DNA of 64,000 bases, taken from assembly GCF_009914755.1 (NCBI RefSeq), contig NC_060948.1; one strand, given 5' to 3'. This DNA is from the human T2T-CHM13v2.0 reference genome, Homo sapiens. Shown in pieces: positions 16,050-29,843 of this stretch. A model generated the notes under the pieces. It had not been told where the DNA came from and made no database searches. It saw only the letters and a list, made by a program, of their open reading frames with translations. The position numbers were made by a program, and so were the translations under genes. Position 1 is the first letter of the stretch. Each line of letters opens with the position of its first letter.

Positions 16050-16375
16050 TAAATAGAGACAGAACTTGCCCTGTGGCCCACGTTGGAGTCCGCTGGCATG
16101 ATCGTGATCCACTGCAGCCTCAACTTCTTTGGGTTCAAATGAACTTCCCACCTTAGCCACCTGAGCATCTCGCCTATCTGGACTCCACCTATCCTCCCCT
16201 GTCAGCATCTCACAGCATAGGCATGGGCCACCAGAACCAGCTTATTTTTGTATTTTTTTAAGCAGAAGAGATCTTACCATGTTGTGAAGACTGGTCTCGT
16301 ACTTCTGGCTGAAGTGATTTGTTCTCCTAAGCCTTCCAAATTGGTGGGATTACATATGTGAACCACCACACAAAG
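16050..16375 (-). mobile_element. Diverged Alu (AluJ-like)
   Basis: CCACTGCAGCCTCAACTTC...TTTTTGTATTTTT...GGGATTACA. Confidence 0.75.
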
Positions 16376-17199
16376 ACTCCTACTGGTATATTTAGAAGGA
16401 TATAAGTATGCCGGTTTTTGGATGCATGCATGGAGAAGACCCCAAAGCTTTTCACTTTTCCCTGAGTTTGGGCTAAACACTAGAGTTCCTCAAAGAGTCC
16501 ATATCCAAAGTCTGGGCAGTTTTTCTTTTCTTTCTTTTCCTTTTTTTTTTTCTTGGATTGTTTTTAAAAAATATGTCGAGAATAGTAGACCATCAAAAAG
16601 GTGACAGAACACAGATTAAGTGGATATACAACACAAAGAATGCAGACCACAAAAATAGCTCTGGAGGGTTGCTACACAAGTAAACAACCCACAAACTAAG
16701 GAATTGTGGATGTTAAGAATTTGTTATCCAAATATGCTGAATACTATCCAATATTTCAATTCACTTCATTTTACTATTCTCAAAGACCTAAGGGAACCCA
16801 GGAGTACAGTGATTCAAAACTGAAAATACCAGTAAAGACATACAGATTATTTTAAAAATGAAATCAATAACCTTGAAGTTACTAGGAAGCTGTGTGATTG
16901 AAAGTCAGTCACTCAATCACATGATCCTGGGATTTTCCTCTACATGTGGGACTACCCATACCTTGCAGCATTGCTGTGAGTTCACCTGAGCAAGACACCT
17001 GCACATGGTGGTGCTCAGGAAATGTTAATTTCCCTTTATTGAAATGGAACAACCCATGGGTATTATGTCTTGAGGTCTGGATTACAGTTGAGCAAGATAC
17101 AGAAGACGTTGTAAACCCTGAGGAGGCATCACTGATCACTGGGAGTCTGGAAAGGCAGCAGAGAAAAAGTGACCTGCAGCTGGAAATGGCCAATGGGTC

Positions 17200-17939
17200 T
17201 GTTACAGGAAGTTACACAGGCATGAGTGGGGCAGAAGAGAGTTCTCCCATCCACCTACCAGGAATGTCAGGCCATCGGGTAATGGTTGGACAGTTATCAC
17301 ATTGCTTTTCTAAAAATAATAATTTAGCAGCAGAGCCAGGGATAGACAAGTTCCTACTGATACACAGCTGGTAACATTAAAGTGTTAACTAAAGTCACAC
17401 TCCCGGGAGGGGGAAAAAGGGCTTCTAGTAAAATTTTACATACTGGGTGAGTGAACTGAGACATGCACATTAAGAGACGAAATGGTACAGCATGACTTTC
17501 TGGGGTCACTCCACCAAAAAAAGGGAGGAAGCTTCAGATGGGCATGCATATAAATGCTCAAACACACTGCCTATGCTCACTTCTCAAGGGTAAGGAGGGC
17601 ACTGTGCCTGCTGGCAGCCCACACTTAGGAAAGAATCATGGAAAAAGGTGCACCAGATGCTCAAGGTGGGCCAGCCTATAAAGTCCCAGAATGAAGAGAA
17701 ATGGCCACACTTGTTCTTCAAGTCACCCACTTGGATCTCTTCCAAGTGCACTTTTCATTCTTTCCTGCTCTAAAGCTTTTTAATAAATGTCCACTCCTGC
17801 TGTGAAACTTGCCTCAGGATTTTTTTTCCTTCTTTATGCCCATCAGTTGAACTCTTTCACCTGAGGAGGCAAGAACTGACATTGCTAAAGACGCAGATGG
17901 ATTTGCTGCCAGTAACTCCGATACTTTCCACCAGTAACA
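17200..17939 (+). mobile_element. Solo ERV1 LTR, MER50-like
   Basis: Starts TGTTACAGGAAGTTACACAGGCATGAG and ends CAGTAACA; internal CTATAAAAG TATA and AATAAA; GGTC/GATC flanks. Confidence 0.75.
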
Positions 17940-18094
17940 GATCTAGGAGCTGGTGGACATAGTTGCTGAAGCATGTGTCCAGAATGTTTCTGCCCAGGCC
18001 ACAAGCAGTCCTGCACTGTAAAGGGACTTGAACCCCAAGCTCAGGGGACACCATGGAAAGAGACTTCAGCCCGCTGATGGAATACTGGAGATAG

Positions 18095-19445
18095 GAATTT
18101 TTTATTGAGGTATAATTCCCATAATATGTTAACTGTTTTTTAAGGTATAATTCAGTGACACAGGAATGTGCATGTTCTACCACTTCTTAATTCCAAATTA
18201 TTTTCATCATCTCAAAAGGAAATCCCCTACCTATTAAGGAGCTACTACCCAATCTGTCCTCTTTCTGACTCCTGACAATTAACAATCTGTTTTCTTTCTC
18301 TGTGAAATTATTTATTTTGGATATGTTTATAAATAAAATCATACAATACGTGACTTTTGTGCTTAGCTTCTTTAAACACAATGGTTTTGCAGTATCTTCA
18401 CATTGTAGTATGAATGTCTCAATCCTTTTTATGGCTAAATATTATGCCATTGTAAGGATATGCTACATTTTGTTTTCCTGTTATTTATTGATGGACATTT
18501 GTGTTTTTTCCATGTTTTAGTTATTGTGAATAATTCTGCTATCAATATATGTGTACACTTTTTTTTAATACCTACTTTACATTGTTTTGTGAATATACCT
18601 GGGAGTGGATTTGCTGGTTTCTATGATAATTCTATGTTTAGCTTTTTGCAGAAATATCAAGCTATTTTCCACAGAAGAGGAATTATTTTACCTTTGTGAT
18701 TCTCCATTTCCATGTCAACACATTTTAGTTTATGGTTTTAAATAATAATAATTATAATGAGTGTGAAGTGGTGTCTTATTGTGGCTTTGATTTGCATTTC
18801 TCTGAGGTGAGTGATGTTGAGCTAATTTTTATGTGTTTTTTTGTGTATCTTTGGAGAAAAGTATTTTCAATTAATTAATTTATTTTTTTAATTGGATTGT
18901 TTGTCTTTTTGTTCTTGAGTTGTAAGAATTCTTTCTATATCCTGGATAGTAGACATTTATTCTTATATATGGCTTGCAAATATTTTGTCCTACACTGTTG
19001 GTTTTCTATTGACTATCCTGATAGTGTCCTTTGAAGCATGAAAGATTTTAGTTTTAAGGAAGTTCATTTTATCTATTTTTTTCTTTTGTTTTCTGTGCAT
19101 TCTCTGTCCTACCCAGGAAACCATTGTCAAATTCAATGCCACTAAGCACATAAAAATATGTTCCACATCATTAGCCGTTAGGTAAACAAATATCTAAACC
19201 ACAATGAGCTTACCACTTTATACCCACTAGAATGCCTTTATTTTTTATTTATTTATTTATTTATTTTGGAAAAAAGGAGAGTTGGAGAATATGTGGAGCA
19301 AATGGAACCCCTGTGCATTGCTGGTGAGAATGTGCAATGGTGGTGGTGGTTGCACGATAACATAAACATACTTAATGCCACTTACCTATACACCTACAAA
19401 TGTTTAGATTGGTGAATTTTATTTTATGATTCTTTTACCCCATAC
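18095..19445. mobile_element. L1MB-type 3' fragments
   Basis: TTTTATTGAGGTATAATTC, TTTATGGCTAAATATTATGCCATTG and GATTTGCATTTCTCTG antisense L1 3' motifs, followed by a short sense piece. Confidence 0.7.
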
Positions 19446-19533
19446 AACAAAGGCTTCCTGAGAATTGGTCCTGAAATAGTTTAATGTGTAGTGAAAGAAG
19501 ATCCTTCTCTTCTAGAGTGAGTAGGAGCCTTTT

Positions 19534-19824
19534 ATTTTTCTTGAGACAGAGTCTTGCTCTGTCACCCAGCCTGGAGTGCAGTGGCGCAGTCTCCACTCAC
19601 TGCAAATTCCACCTCATGGGTTCATGCCATTCTCCTGCCTCAGCCTCCTGAGTAACTGGGACTACAGGTGCCCACGACCATGCCTGGCTAATCTTTTTGT
19701 ATTTTTTAGTAGAGGCAGGGCTCCATCGTGTTAACCAGGATGGTCTCTATCTCCTAACCTCGTGATCCACCCACCTCAGTCTCCCAAAGTGCTGGGATTA
19801 CAGACATAAGCCACCACGCCAGGC
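19534..19824 (-). mobile_element. Alu (AluY/Sc-like) with target-site duplication
   Basis: Reverse Alu flanked on both sides by GAGTAGGAGCCTTTT. Confidence 0.92.
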
Positions 19825-20355
19825 AGAGTAGGAGCCTTTTTATTCACGCTGGTACTACACACTACTGGCTCTTCCAAACACATAGCATGATCTCACCAAC
19901 CAGAGGGAGCTTAATTCTAACTGGCCCATTTGTACTTCTTTCCAACATCCTATTCCCCTATTCAACTCACTCCCTGCCCTCTACAAACCACTGTACATCA
20001 GAGGTCGGTTTACCTTCGCTGTAGACTTTTCATAATGTCATAGAAATGCGATCATACAGTACATGACATCTTCAGACTGGTGCTTTTTGTTATTATTGTT
20101 TTCTCATTATTCCATAATTGCTGCCAAAAGAAGCATGCATATGTTTTGCCACAGAAAACTGATCGTAGTCTGAGCTCTACTTAGTAAACATTAAAAAAAA
20201 TATGCTAGTACCTATTGTGGCATTGATCCTGTTTTTTAATTGATGATTTCTACAATGAGATAGTAAGTTGTAGCTAATAAGACAATGTGCTGAATTAGTG
20301 TGATACTTCACTATGTAGAGATCTCATTCAACAAAGTGATTCCTTTACAGGTGTC

Positions 20356-20835
20356 TGCAGGGGTCTGTCCCACAGACCCTGACTCAATGGTGGGTGAATA
20401 AAGTACTCTGAAACGCAGATACTCTGCTTTGCCAGTCCAGCTGAGCATTTGGGCTGCTTACAGACTGCAGGCAGAGTGGTGTAAACATTTTTGACTGTGG
20501 CCCTGACCAACTACTAAGACTTGCATTTATTCAGTAACGACTAATTGACAAAGGCTTGAGTCAAAACCACTAAGGGGTAATTGACAGTGTGGACTTCTGA
20601 TTAGAAAGAAATTAAGCACCTGTGGAAAGTCAAAGGATAGTCTTCAGACCTCACAAGTAAGCAAGCTAGTTACACAAACACCCCATATTCCTTTGTTTCT
20701 ACTCTAACATATTTAAATAAAGGGAAAAGGCTGCCTTCATCCAAGTTTATTACTGGAGCTGATGCCAACCCCGCAGTCATTCCAGTAAGGTTTGCATCTG
20801 ATAATTTTCCCCACCATCCTGACTGAACCCCCACA
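20356..20835 (-). mobile_element. Solo LTR22 (HERV-K HML-5)
   Basis: Reverse complement begins TGTGGGGGTTCAGTCAGGATGGTGGGGAAAA and ends GGGACAGACCCCTGCA. Confidence 0.8.
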
Positions 20836-21204
20836 GATGTGAAAGCAGCAACAGGAATTGCTACAGTACAAACTAGTTTCTTTGGGAACTGAAAAAAACC
20901 ATTGATTTCAATTTCAGTACATATTTTGCAACACTTAATATTTGATACAGAATAGAACTCTGGAGGTTTTCCTTCTTAAATCTGCTTTTTCAAAGTGAGC
21001 CAAAGTGTGAAATCACATGATTTTGGTCTGTTAGTTTTTCCTTCACCTTTCACAATGTGGCACTGATTTTGATTGACATTTGAAGACAGAGACTAATTTA
21101 TTAAAATATTTCTCCCTGTTCTTTTTCTTTTTGCTTTTAAACATCACAAGTGAAACTTCTGGTAATTTCAAGAGTGTACACTTTAAATAAGAATAAAAGC
21201 CAGT

Positions 21205-24200
21205 GGGCATCTGGCAAGATGGTTGAAAAAGAAAAGCTTTTGTTGGCAGCTCCCACAGAGACCAACAAAAGACCGGTAATTTCTGCATTTCCACCTAAGG
21301 TACCCAGTTCATCTCGTTGGGACTGGTTAGACATTGAGTGCAGCCCACAAAAGGCAGCAGATACAGGTGAGTGTTGCCTCACCAAGGAAGTGTGAGGGGC
21401 TGGGGACTTCCTCCCTAGCCAAGGAAAGCCATCAGGGGCTGTGCTATGAAGTCCACATCCTGCACATTTCTCACAGGTTTTGCAACTCACAGACCAGGAG
21501 ATTCCCTAGTATGCCTATGCAACCACAGCCTTGGGTTTCAAGCACAAAACTGGGTGCCTGCTTGGGCAGAGGCTGAGATAGCTGCAAAAAAATATTATGT
21601 ACCCCAGTGGCACCTGGAACCCCAGTGACAAAGAACCATTCACACCTCTGCAAAGGGGGCTAAAGCCAGGGAGCCAAGTGGTCTCACTCATCAGGTCTCA
21701 CTCCCATGCAGCACAGCAAGCAGAGATGCACTGGCTTCAAATTCTCACTATCCACCTAGAAGTCTGAAGTCAACTTGGAATGATTAAGCTTGGTGGGGAG
21801 ATGGTTGATCACCATTACTGAGACTTGAGTATAAGGATTTCCCCTCACAGTGTTAAGAAAGCTGCCAAGAAGTTTGGACTGCATGGGACTCACACAAGCA
21901 AGCAAAGCAGATGTGGCCAGGTTGGCTCTCTAGATTCCTCCTCACTAAGTAGGGAATCTCTGAAAGAAAGGCAGCAGCCCCAGTCAGGGACTTATATGTA
22001 AAAGTCCCATCTCTCTGAGAAAGAAACTGTGAGAAAAGGGATGGCTGGGAGTGCAGCTTCAGCAGACTTAAACATTCTTGCCTGCCTGCTCTGAAGAGAG
22101 CAGTGTATCTCCCAGAAGTGTGCTCGAGCTCTGCTCAGGGACAGACTGCCTTTTCAAATGTGTCCCTGACTCATGTGTCTCCTGACTAGAAGACACCTCC
22201 CAGCAGGGCTCAACAGATACTTCTACAGGAGAGCTCTGGCTGGCACCAGTTAGGTACAACTCAGGATCAAATCTTCCAATTACTGTTGTTCTGCAACTTC
22301 AGATGGTGACACCCAGGCAGACAGCATCTAAAGTAGACTGCCAGCAAACTCTAGCAGATCTGCAGAAGAGATGCCTGACTGTTAGAAGAAAAACTAACAA
22401 ACAGAAATCAGTCACATCAACATCAACAAAAAGGACACACACACAAAACCCAATCCAAAGACTATCGGCATCAAAGATCCCAGGTAGATAAATCCACAAA
22501 AAATGAGGAATATCCAGCATAAAAGTGCTAAAAATTCAAAAATACTAGAATGCCTCTTCTCCTCCAAATGATTCCAAGCACTCTGCAGCAAGGGCACAAA
22601 AGTGGATGGGGAATAAGGTTGATGAATTGACAGAAGTAAACTTGAGAAAGTCGGTAATAACAAAATTCTCTGAGCTAAAGGAGCATGTTCTAACCCAATT
22701 CAAGGAAGATAAGAACCTTGATAAGTCATTACAGGAACTGCTAACAAAAATAACCAGTTTAGAGGAGAACATATATGACCTCATGGAGATGAAAAACACA
22801 GCGCAAGAAACATTGTGAAGCAAAAACAGGTATCAATAGCTGAATTGATGAAGATGAAGAAAGGATATTAGAGAATGAAGATCAACTTAATGAAATAAAG
22901 GATGAAGACAAGACTAGAGAAAAACGAATAAAAAGGAACAAACTAGCCTCCAAGAAATATGGGACCATGTCAAAAGGCCAAACCTACAATTGATTGGTGT
23001 ACCTATAAGTGATGGGGAAAATGGAACCAAGTTTGAAAACACACTTCAAGGCATTATCCAGTAGAACTTCCACAACCTAACAAGACAGGCCAACATTGAA
23101 ATTCAGGTAATACAGATAACACCACTAAGATACTCCTTGAGAAGAGCAACATGAAGACCTATAACTGTCAGATTCTCCAAGGTTGAACAAAAATAAAAAA
23201 TGTTAAGGACAGCCAGAGAGAAAGGTCAGGTTACCTACAAAGGGAAGCACATCAGAATAACATCGGCTCTCTCTGCAGAAACCCCACAAGCCAGAAGAGA
23301 GTAGGGGCCAATATTCAGCATCCTTAAAGAAAAAAAAAAATTCAACCTAGAATTTTATATTCAGGCAAACAAAGCTTCATAAATAAAACAAAAATAGAAT
23401 TGTTACAGACAATCAAAGGTAGATGGTTTTTGTCATCACCATGCCTGCCTTAGACGAGCTCCTGCAGAAAACAGTAAATATGGAAAGAAAAAACCTGTAC
23501 TCACCACTGAAAAAAATGTCAAAATATAAAGACCAACAACACTATGAAAAAAGTGGATCAACTAGTATGCAAAATGACCAGCTATTATTGCTATGCCAGG
23601 ACCAAATTGACACATAACAATATTAACCTTCGATGTAAATGACCTAAGTTTGCCAATTAATGTACACAGACTGGCAAATTGGATGAAGAGTAAAGACCCT
23701 GTGTTATTCTACATTCAGGAGACCCATCTCATGAGTGAAGACACATGTAGGCTCAAAAGAAAGGGATGGAGGAATAGTTTCCAAGCAAATGGAAAGTTAA
23801 AAAAAAAAAAAGGATTGTAATCCTAGTCTCTCCTAAGACAAACTGTAAACCGACATAGATCAAAAAAGACAGAGTAGTTGCATAATGGTAAAGGGATCAA
23901 TGAAACAAGAAGAGCTAATGATCCTAAATATATATGAACCTAATACAGTAGCACCCAGATTTATAAAGCAAGTTCTTAGAGACTTACACAGCCTAGACTC
24001 CCATACAATAATAGTGGGAGACTTTAACACCCCACTATCAATATTACACAGATAAATGAGACAGAATATCAACAAGAATACTCAAGACTTGAACTCAGCT
24101 CTTGACCAAGCAGAGCTAATAGATATCTACAGAAGTCTCCACCCCAAATCAACATAATGTACATTATTCTCAGCACCATATAGCACTTATTCTAAAATTG

Positions 24201-27200
24201 AGTACATAATTGGAAGTAAAACACTCCTCAACAAAAGCAAAAGAACAGAAATCAAAACAAACCGTCTCTCAGACCAGGGTGGACTAAAATTAGAACTCAG
24301 GATTAAGAAACTCATTCAGAACTGCACAACTACATGGAAACTGTAAAACCTGCTCCTGAATGACAACTGGGTAGATAACAACGTTAAGAAAGAAAGAAGT
24401 TGCTTGAAACCAGTGAGAACAAAGACACAACCTACCAGAATCTCTGGCACACAGCTAAAGCAGTGTTAAGAGGAAAATTAATAGCACTAAATGCCCACAT
24501 CAGAAAGTGGGACAGATTTAAATCAACACTCTACAGTCAGAATGAAAAGAACTAGAGAGACGGGCATGGTGGCTCCTGCCTGTTATTTCAGCACTTCGGG
24601 AAGTTGAGCCAGGCAGTTAGCCTGAGTTCATGACTCCAAGACCAGCCTGGACAACCAACATGGTGAATCTCTGTCTCTACAAAAATGTAGCCGGGCAAAA
24701 TGGTGCACAACTTTAATCCCAGATACTCAGGAGGGTGAAGTTGGGTAATCTCTTGAACCCAAAAGATAAAAGTCGCAGTAATCTGAGGTCGCACCACTCC
24801 ACTCCAGTGTGGGTGACAGTATGAGACACCTTAAAAAAATGAAAGAAAGAAAGAAAGAAAGGAAAAGAACTAGAGAAGCAAGAACAAACAAATTCAAAAC
24901 CTGACACAAAAAAGAAATAACTGAGTGCAGAGCGTAACTGAAGGTGATAGAAACAGGAAAATCCTTCCAAAAATCCATGAATCCAAGAACATTTTTGTTG
25001 TTGCTGTGAGGATTAACAAAATAGATAGACTGCTAGCCAGACTAATAAAGAAAAAAGAGAGAAGAACCAATTAGACACAGTAAAAAAAAGGACAATGGAG
25101 ATGTAACCACTGATCCCTAGACACACAAACTACCATAAAAGAATACTGTAAACACCTCTATGCAAATAAACTAAAAAATCTGGAAGAAATAAATTAATTC
25201 CTGGACACATACACCATTCCAAGACTAAATCAGAAAAAAAGTAGAATCCCTGAAGAGACCAACAAATTCTAAAATTGAGGCAGTAATTAATAGCCTACCA
25301 AACAAAAAATTGCCAGACCAGAGAGATTCACAGCTGACTTCTACCAGATGTGCAAAGAAAAGCTGGTGCTATTTCCTTCTGAAACTATTCCAAACAATAG
25401 AGAAAGAGGGACTCCTCCTGAACTCATTTTATGAGGCCAGCATCATCTTACTACCAAAGCCTGTCAGAGACGCAACAAAAAGAGAAAATTTCAGGCCAAT
25501 ATCCCTGATGAAAATTGAAGTGAATATCCACAATAAAATAATGGCAAACTGAATCCAGCAACACATCAAAAAGCTTATCCATACGATCAAGTCAGCTCCG
25601 TCCTTAGATTGCTAGTCTAGTTTCAACATATGCAAATCAATAAACATAATCCAGCATATAAAGAGAACCAATGACAAAAACCACATAATTATCTCTATAG
25701 ATGCAGAAAAGGCCTTTGGTAAAATTCAACATCACTTTTTGCTAAAAACACTCAATAAACTGGGTATTGATGGAATGTATCAGAAAGTAATGGGAGCTGT
25801 TTGTGACAAACCCATAGGCAATGTCATACTGAATGGGCAAAACCTGGAAACATTCCCTTTGACAACCTAAAACAAAAGGCACAAGACAAGCATGGCCTCT
25901 CTCACCACTCCTATTCAACATAATATTGAAGGTTCTGGCCAGGACAATCAGGCAAGAGAAAGAAATAAAGGGTATTCAAATAAAAATAAAGGAAATCAAA
26001 TTGTCCCTGTTTGCAGATGACATAGCTGTATCTTTAGAGTACCCCATTTTCTCAGCTCTGTACTCCTTAACAATAGACAAGGAACTTGTCTATTGTATAT
26101 GTTTCTTAAGCTTGTAAAGAACACCAGCAAGGTCAGGCTACAAAATCAATGTGCAAAAATCACAAGCATTTCTATAAACCAATAGTAGACATACGAGAGC
26201 CAAATCATGAGCGAACTCAAATTCACAATTGCTCCAAAGAAAATAAAATTACTAGGAATGCAGCTTACAAAGCATGTGAAGGACTTCTTTATGGAGAGCT
26301 ACAAACCACTGCTCAAGGAAATAAGAGAGGACACAAAAATATGGAAAAAAAATTATGTTCATGGACAAGAAGAATCAATATCGTGAAAACGACCATAGTG
26401 CTTAAAGTAATTCACACATCTACAATGATCTGATCTTCGACAGGCCTAACAAAAGCAAGCAACGGGGGAAGGATTCCCTGGTACTGGGAAAACTGGATAG
26501 CCATATGCAGAAAGCTGAAACTGGATCCCTTTCTTATAGCTCATACAAAAATTAACTCAAGATGAATTCAAATCTTAAACGTTAAATCTAAAACCATAAA
26601 ACCCTAGAAGAAAACCTAGACAATACCATTCAGGATATAGGCATGGACAAAGGCCTCATGACAAAAACACCAAAAACAATGGCAACGAAATCCAAAATTG
26701 ACAAACGGGACCTACTTCAATCAAAGAGCTTCTCCACAGCAAAAGAAAATATTGTCAGAGTGAACAGGGGACATACAGGATGTGAGAACATTTTTTCAAC
26801 CTATCCGTCTGACAAAGATCTAATATCCAAAATCTACAAGAAACTTAAAAAGATTTACAAGAAAATAAAAAACAGACAAACCCCATCAAAAAGTGGGCAA
26901 AGCAAATGAACAGACACTTCTCAAAAGAAGACATTTAATCAGCCAACAAACATACATAAAAAAAGCTCGGCGTCACTTGTCGTTAGAGAAATGCAAATCA
27001 AAACCACAATGAGCTATCATCTCACACCAGTCAGGATGGCGACCATTAAAAAGTCAGGAAACAACAGATGCTACTGAAGTTGTAAAGAAATAAGAATGCT
27101 GTATACTGCTGGTGGGAATGTAAATTAGTTCAATCATTTTGGAAGACAGTGTGGTGATTCCTCCAGGATCTATAACCAGAAATACCATTTGACCCAGGAA

Positions 27201-27737
27201 TCACATTATGTGGTATACACCCAGAGGATTATAAATCATTCTGCTATAAGGAAACATGCACATGTATGTTTATTACAGCACTACTCACAGACAAGAAAGA
27301 CATGGAACAAACCCAAAAGCCCATCAATGATAGACTGGATAAAGAAAATGTGGCACATATACACCATGGAATACTATGCAGCCACTAAAAAGAGTAAGTT
27401 CATGTCCTTTTTCAGGGACATGAATGATGCTGGAAACCATTATTCTCAGCAAGCTAACACGGGAACAGAAAAGCAAACACTACCTGTTCTCATTCATAAG
27501 TGGGAACTGAACAATGGGAACACAGGGAGGGAAATATCACACAATGGGGCCTGTCGGGGAGTAGGGGGCAAGTGGAAGGAGATCATTAGGACAGATACCT
27601 AATGCATTCAGGACTTAAAACTTAGATGATGGGTTGATGGGTGCAGCAAACCACCATGGCACATGTACAACTATGTAACAAATCTGCATGTTCTGCACAT
27701 GTATCCTAGAACTTAAATTATAATTAATAAAAAAAGT
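21205..27737 (+). mobile_element. Near-full-length L1 (L1PA7/8-like), inactive
   Basis: 5'UTR CTGGCAAGATGG...GCAGCTCCCA; ORF1 remnants (DELTEVNLRKSVITKFSELKEHVLTQ); ORF2 remnants ([48 protein letters not shown]); 3'UTR and A-rich tail. Many stops and an internal deletion near 26415. Confidence 0.93.
24559..24861 (+). mobile_element. Alu inserted into L1 ORF2
   Basis: Alu with (GAAA)n tail flanked by a 15-bp TSD GAAAAGAACTAGAGA (24544-24558 and 24862-24876). Confidence 0.9.
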
Positions 27738-28414
27738 CGGGATAAATAACAAATCAAATAGTATCCATGAATTTATGATGACTCCCTATTTGGTTTTTAC
27801 TAAATACTTTTTCTGTGTTTTGTGTCTCCAAGAAAGCAAAATAACAATGCATTGTACCAAACATTTTAAAAGAACTTACTAAAAAGCAATTCGAGTCAAT
27901 CAATTCTTTTATCTCTTAATGAAAACAAGTGTGGGTTAAAAACCAGCTCTCCTAATGCTTGTCAGTGCCTCAAGGTGCTTAGGATAAAAATAAAACTTCC
28001 AAACTAAGGACACTTGGCAGCCTCCAGAACTTTAAGAAAAGCTGAGATATAAAGTATCCAGCCTCTGGCTCTTTCTGGGACAGCATGTCCAGTACCTTGG
28101 GGGCCCCTGGGCCCTGAAGGAAGGGCGGAGGTCGGGTAGGTGAGGGTGGTCTTTGGAGCCACTGCGGCTACTCATGGGACAGGTTGGAGTCTCAGCCTTC
28201 AGCAGAAGCAGCAGGCTTTCAGCCAGCAGTGTTTGGGGTGCCTGCCTGTTTTCCATCTCTATGTGATGTATCTGCTCAGGTTTTTACCCTGGACTTGGGT
28301 TGCTTATCTTTGTCAGTTTTAGAGTTTCTGTGAACTTTGTGCATACAAGTCACTTTTCAGGTGAGTTTGCTACATTTTTCTATCTGTGGCTGGTTTTTTG
28401 GTTCTCTTAACCAG

Positions 28415-28720
28415 ATTTTTTTTTTTTTTTTTTTTTTTGAGGCAGAGTTTCATTCTGTCGCCAAGGCTGGAGTGCAATGACCCAATCTAGGCTCACTGCA
28501 ACACCTATCTCCCAAGTTCAAGGGATTCTCCTGGCTCAGACTCCTGAGCAGCTGGGATTATAAGTGCATGCCAGAAATTCCAGTTAATTTTTTGTATTTT
28601 TAGTAGAGATGGGTTTTCACCATGTTTACCATGCTGATCTGGATCTCCTGACCTCAGGTGACCCAGCCGCTTCGACTTCCAAAAGTGCTGAGATTACAGG
28701 CTTGAACTGCCATGCCCAAC
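28415..28720 (-). mobile_element. Alu
   Basis: Poly-T followed by GAGGCAGAGTTTCATTCTGTCGCCAAGGCTGGAGTGC. Confidence 0.88.
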
Positions 28721-29339
28721 TGTAGAAGGGTATTTCACAGAGTAGACATTTCAGCTTTCAATAAAGCCACTATTATCCTTTTTTTTTTTTCATGGACTTG
28801 CTAATAACTCATTACCAAACCCAAACCCATGAGGACATTTTCCAATTACAACTTTGCATTGAAAAATTTTAATGTATGGCTATTTTTGACTATTTTTTTT
28901 AGCTATGAAATTTGTATATATGTCCATTTGTTTCCATATAGTTTCCAGCTGTTTTCTTGCCCCTTGTGGAATAGACTTACCGTTTCCAAATTTTTTACAT
29001 TTTTTTGACATGTTTGTCACAATTTTGACAAATTTTTTTTACATTTTTGACAAAATCAGTTGACTTGGGCCTGTGTGGGGGCTGTCTATTCTGTCCACTT
29101 AACTACTTGTCTGTTAAATCATCAATGCCACACTCTTGTTTGCTAAGCTAGCTTTAGTGTAAGTATTCATATCCATATGTGTAAGTCCTTTAGCTTTTTT
29201 CTTCTTCAGTCTTATTTCATCTATTCTAGGTTTAGGAAGAGATTGTTGATATATTTGCCTGGAATTTGATTGGGATATGACTGAAATATTAATACATGTG
29301 TACTTCTCCAGAACAAGACACATCTCTTCCTTTATTTAT

Positions 29340-29603
29340 TTATTGAGAAAGAGTCTTGCCGTGTCACCAAGATTGGAGTGTAGTGGCACGATCTCCGCTC
29401 ACTGAGATTCTCCCACTTCAGCACCACAAGTAGCTGAGATCACAGGCATGCACCACCAAGCTCAGCTTAATTTTTGTATTTTTGGTAGAGATGGGGTTTC
29501 ACCATGTTCCTCAGGCTGGTCTCTAACTCGTGGACTCAAGTGATCTGCCCACTGTAACCTCCCAAACTGGTGAGATTATAGGCATGTTCCACTGTGCCTG
29601 GCC
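29340..29603 (-). mobile_element. Alu (partly deleted) within old L1 fragments
   Basis: GTAGAGATGGGGTTTCACCATG...GTGCCTGGCC. Confidence 0.8.
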
Positions 29604-29843
29604 TGTATGCATTTACTAATATTTCTTTTGATTTCTCTCAGTTGTGACTGATTGTTTTCTGAATGAACTTTGCCTATTTTGTTACATTTATACTTAATGG
29701 ATTCAATTTTGTAGGAAGTATTGTAAATGGTGGTTAAGTATTTCAAATTCCAATGATTTCTATTCATTATTGCTGATATAGAGAAAATCAACTGAGTTTT
29801 GTCTATTGACGATCTTCTTTGCTTCTTTTTATATCCATTCAAG

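Noticed and set aside
16946-17374. 142-aa ORF
   Set aside because: It runs from unique sequence into the MER50-like LTR, has no recognisable domain and lacks an ATG start.
26066-26109. piggyBac-type MITE suggested by the TTAA flanks
   Set aside because: No CCC/GGG terminal inverted repeats, and the hairpin does not reach the right-hand end.
21205-27737. Retrotransposition-competent L1
   Set aside because: Both ORFs have multiple stops and frameshifts, an Alu insertion and an internal deletion.
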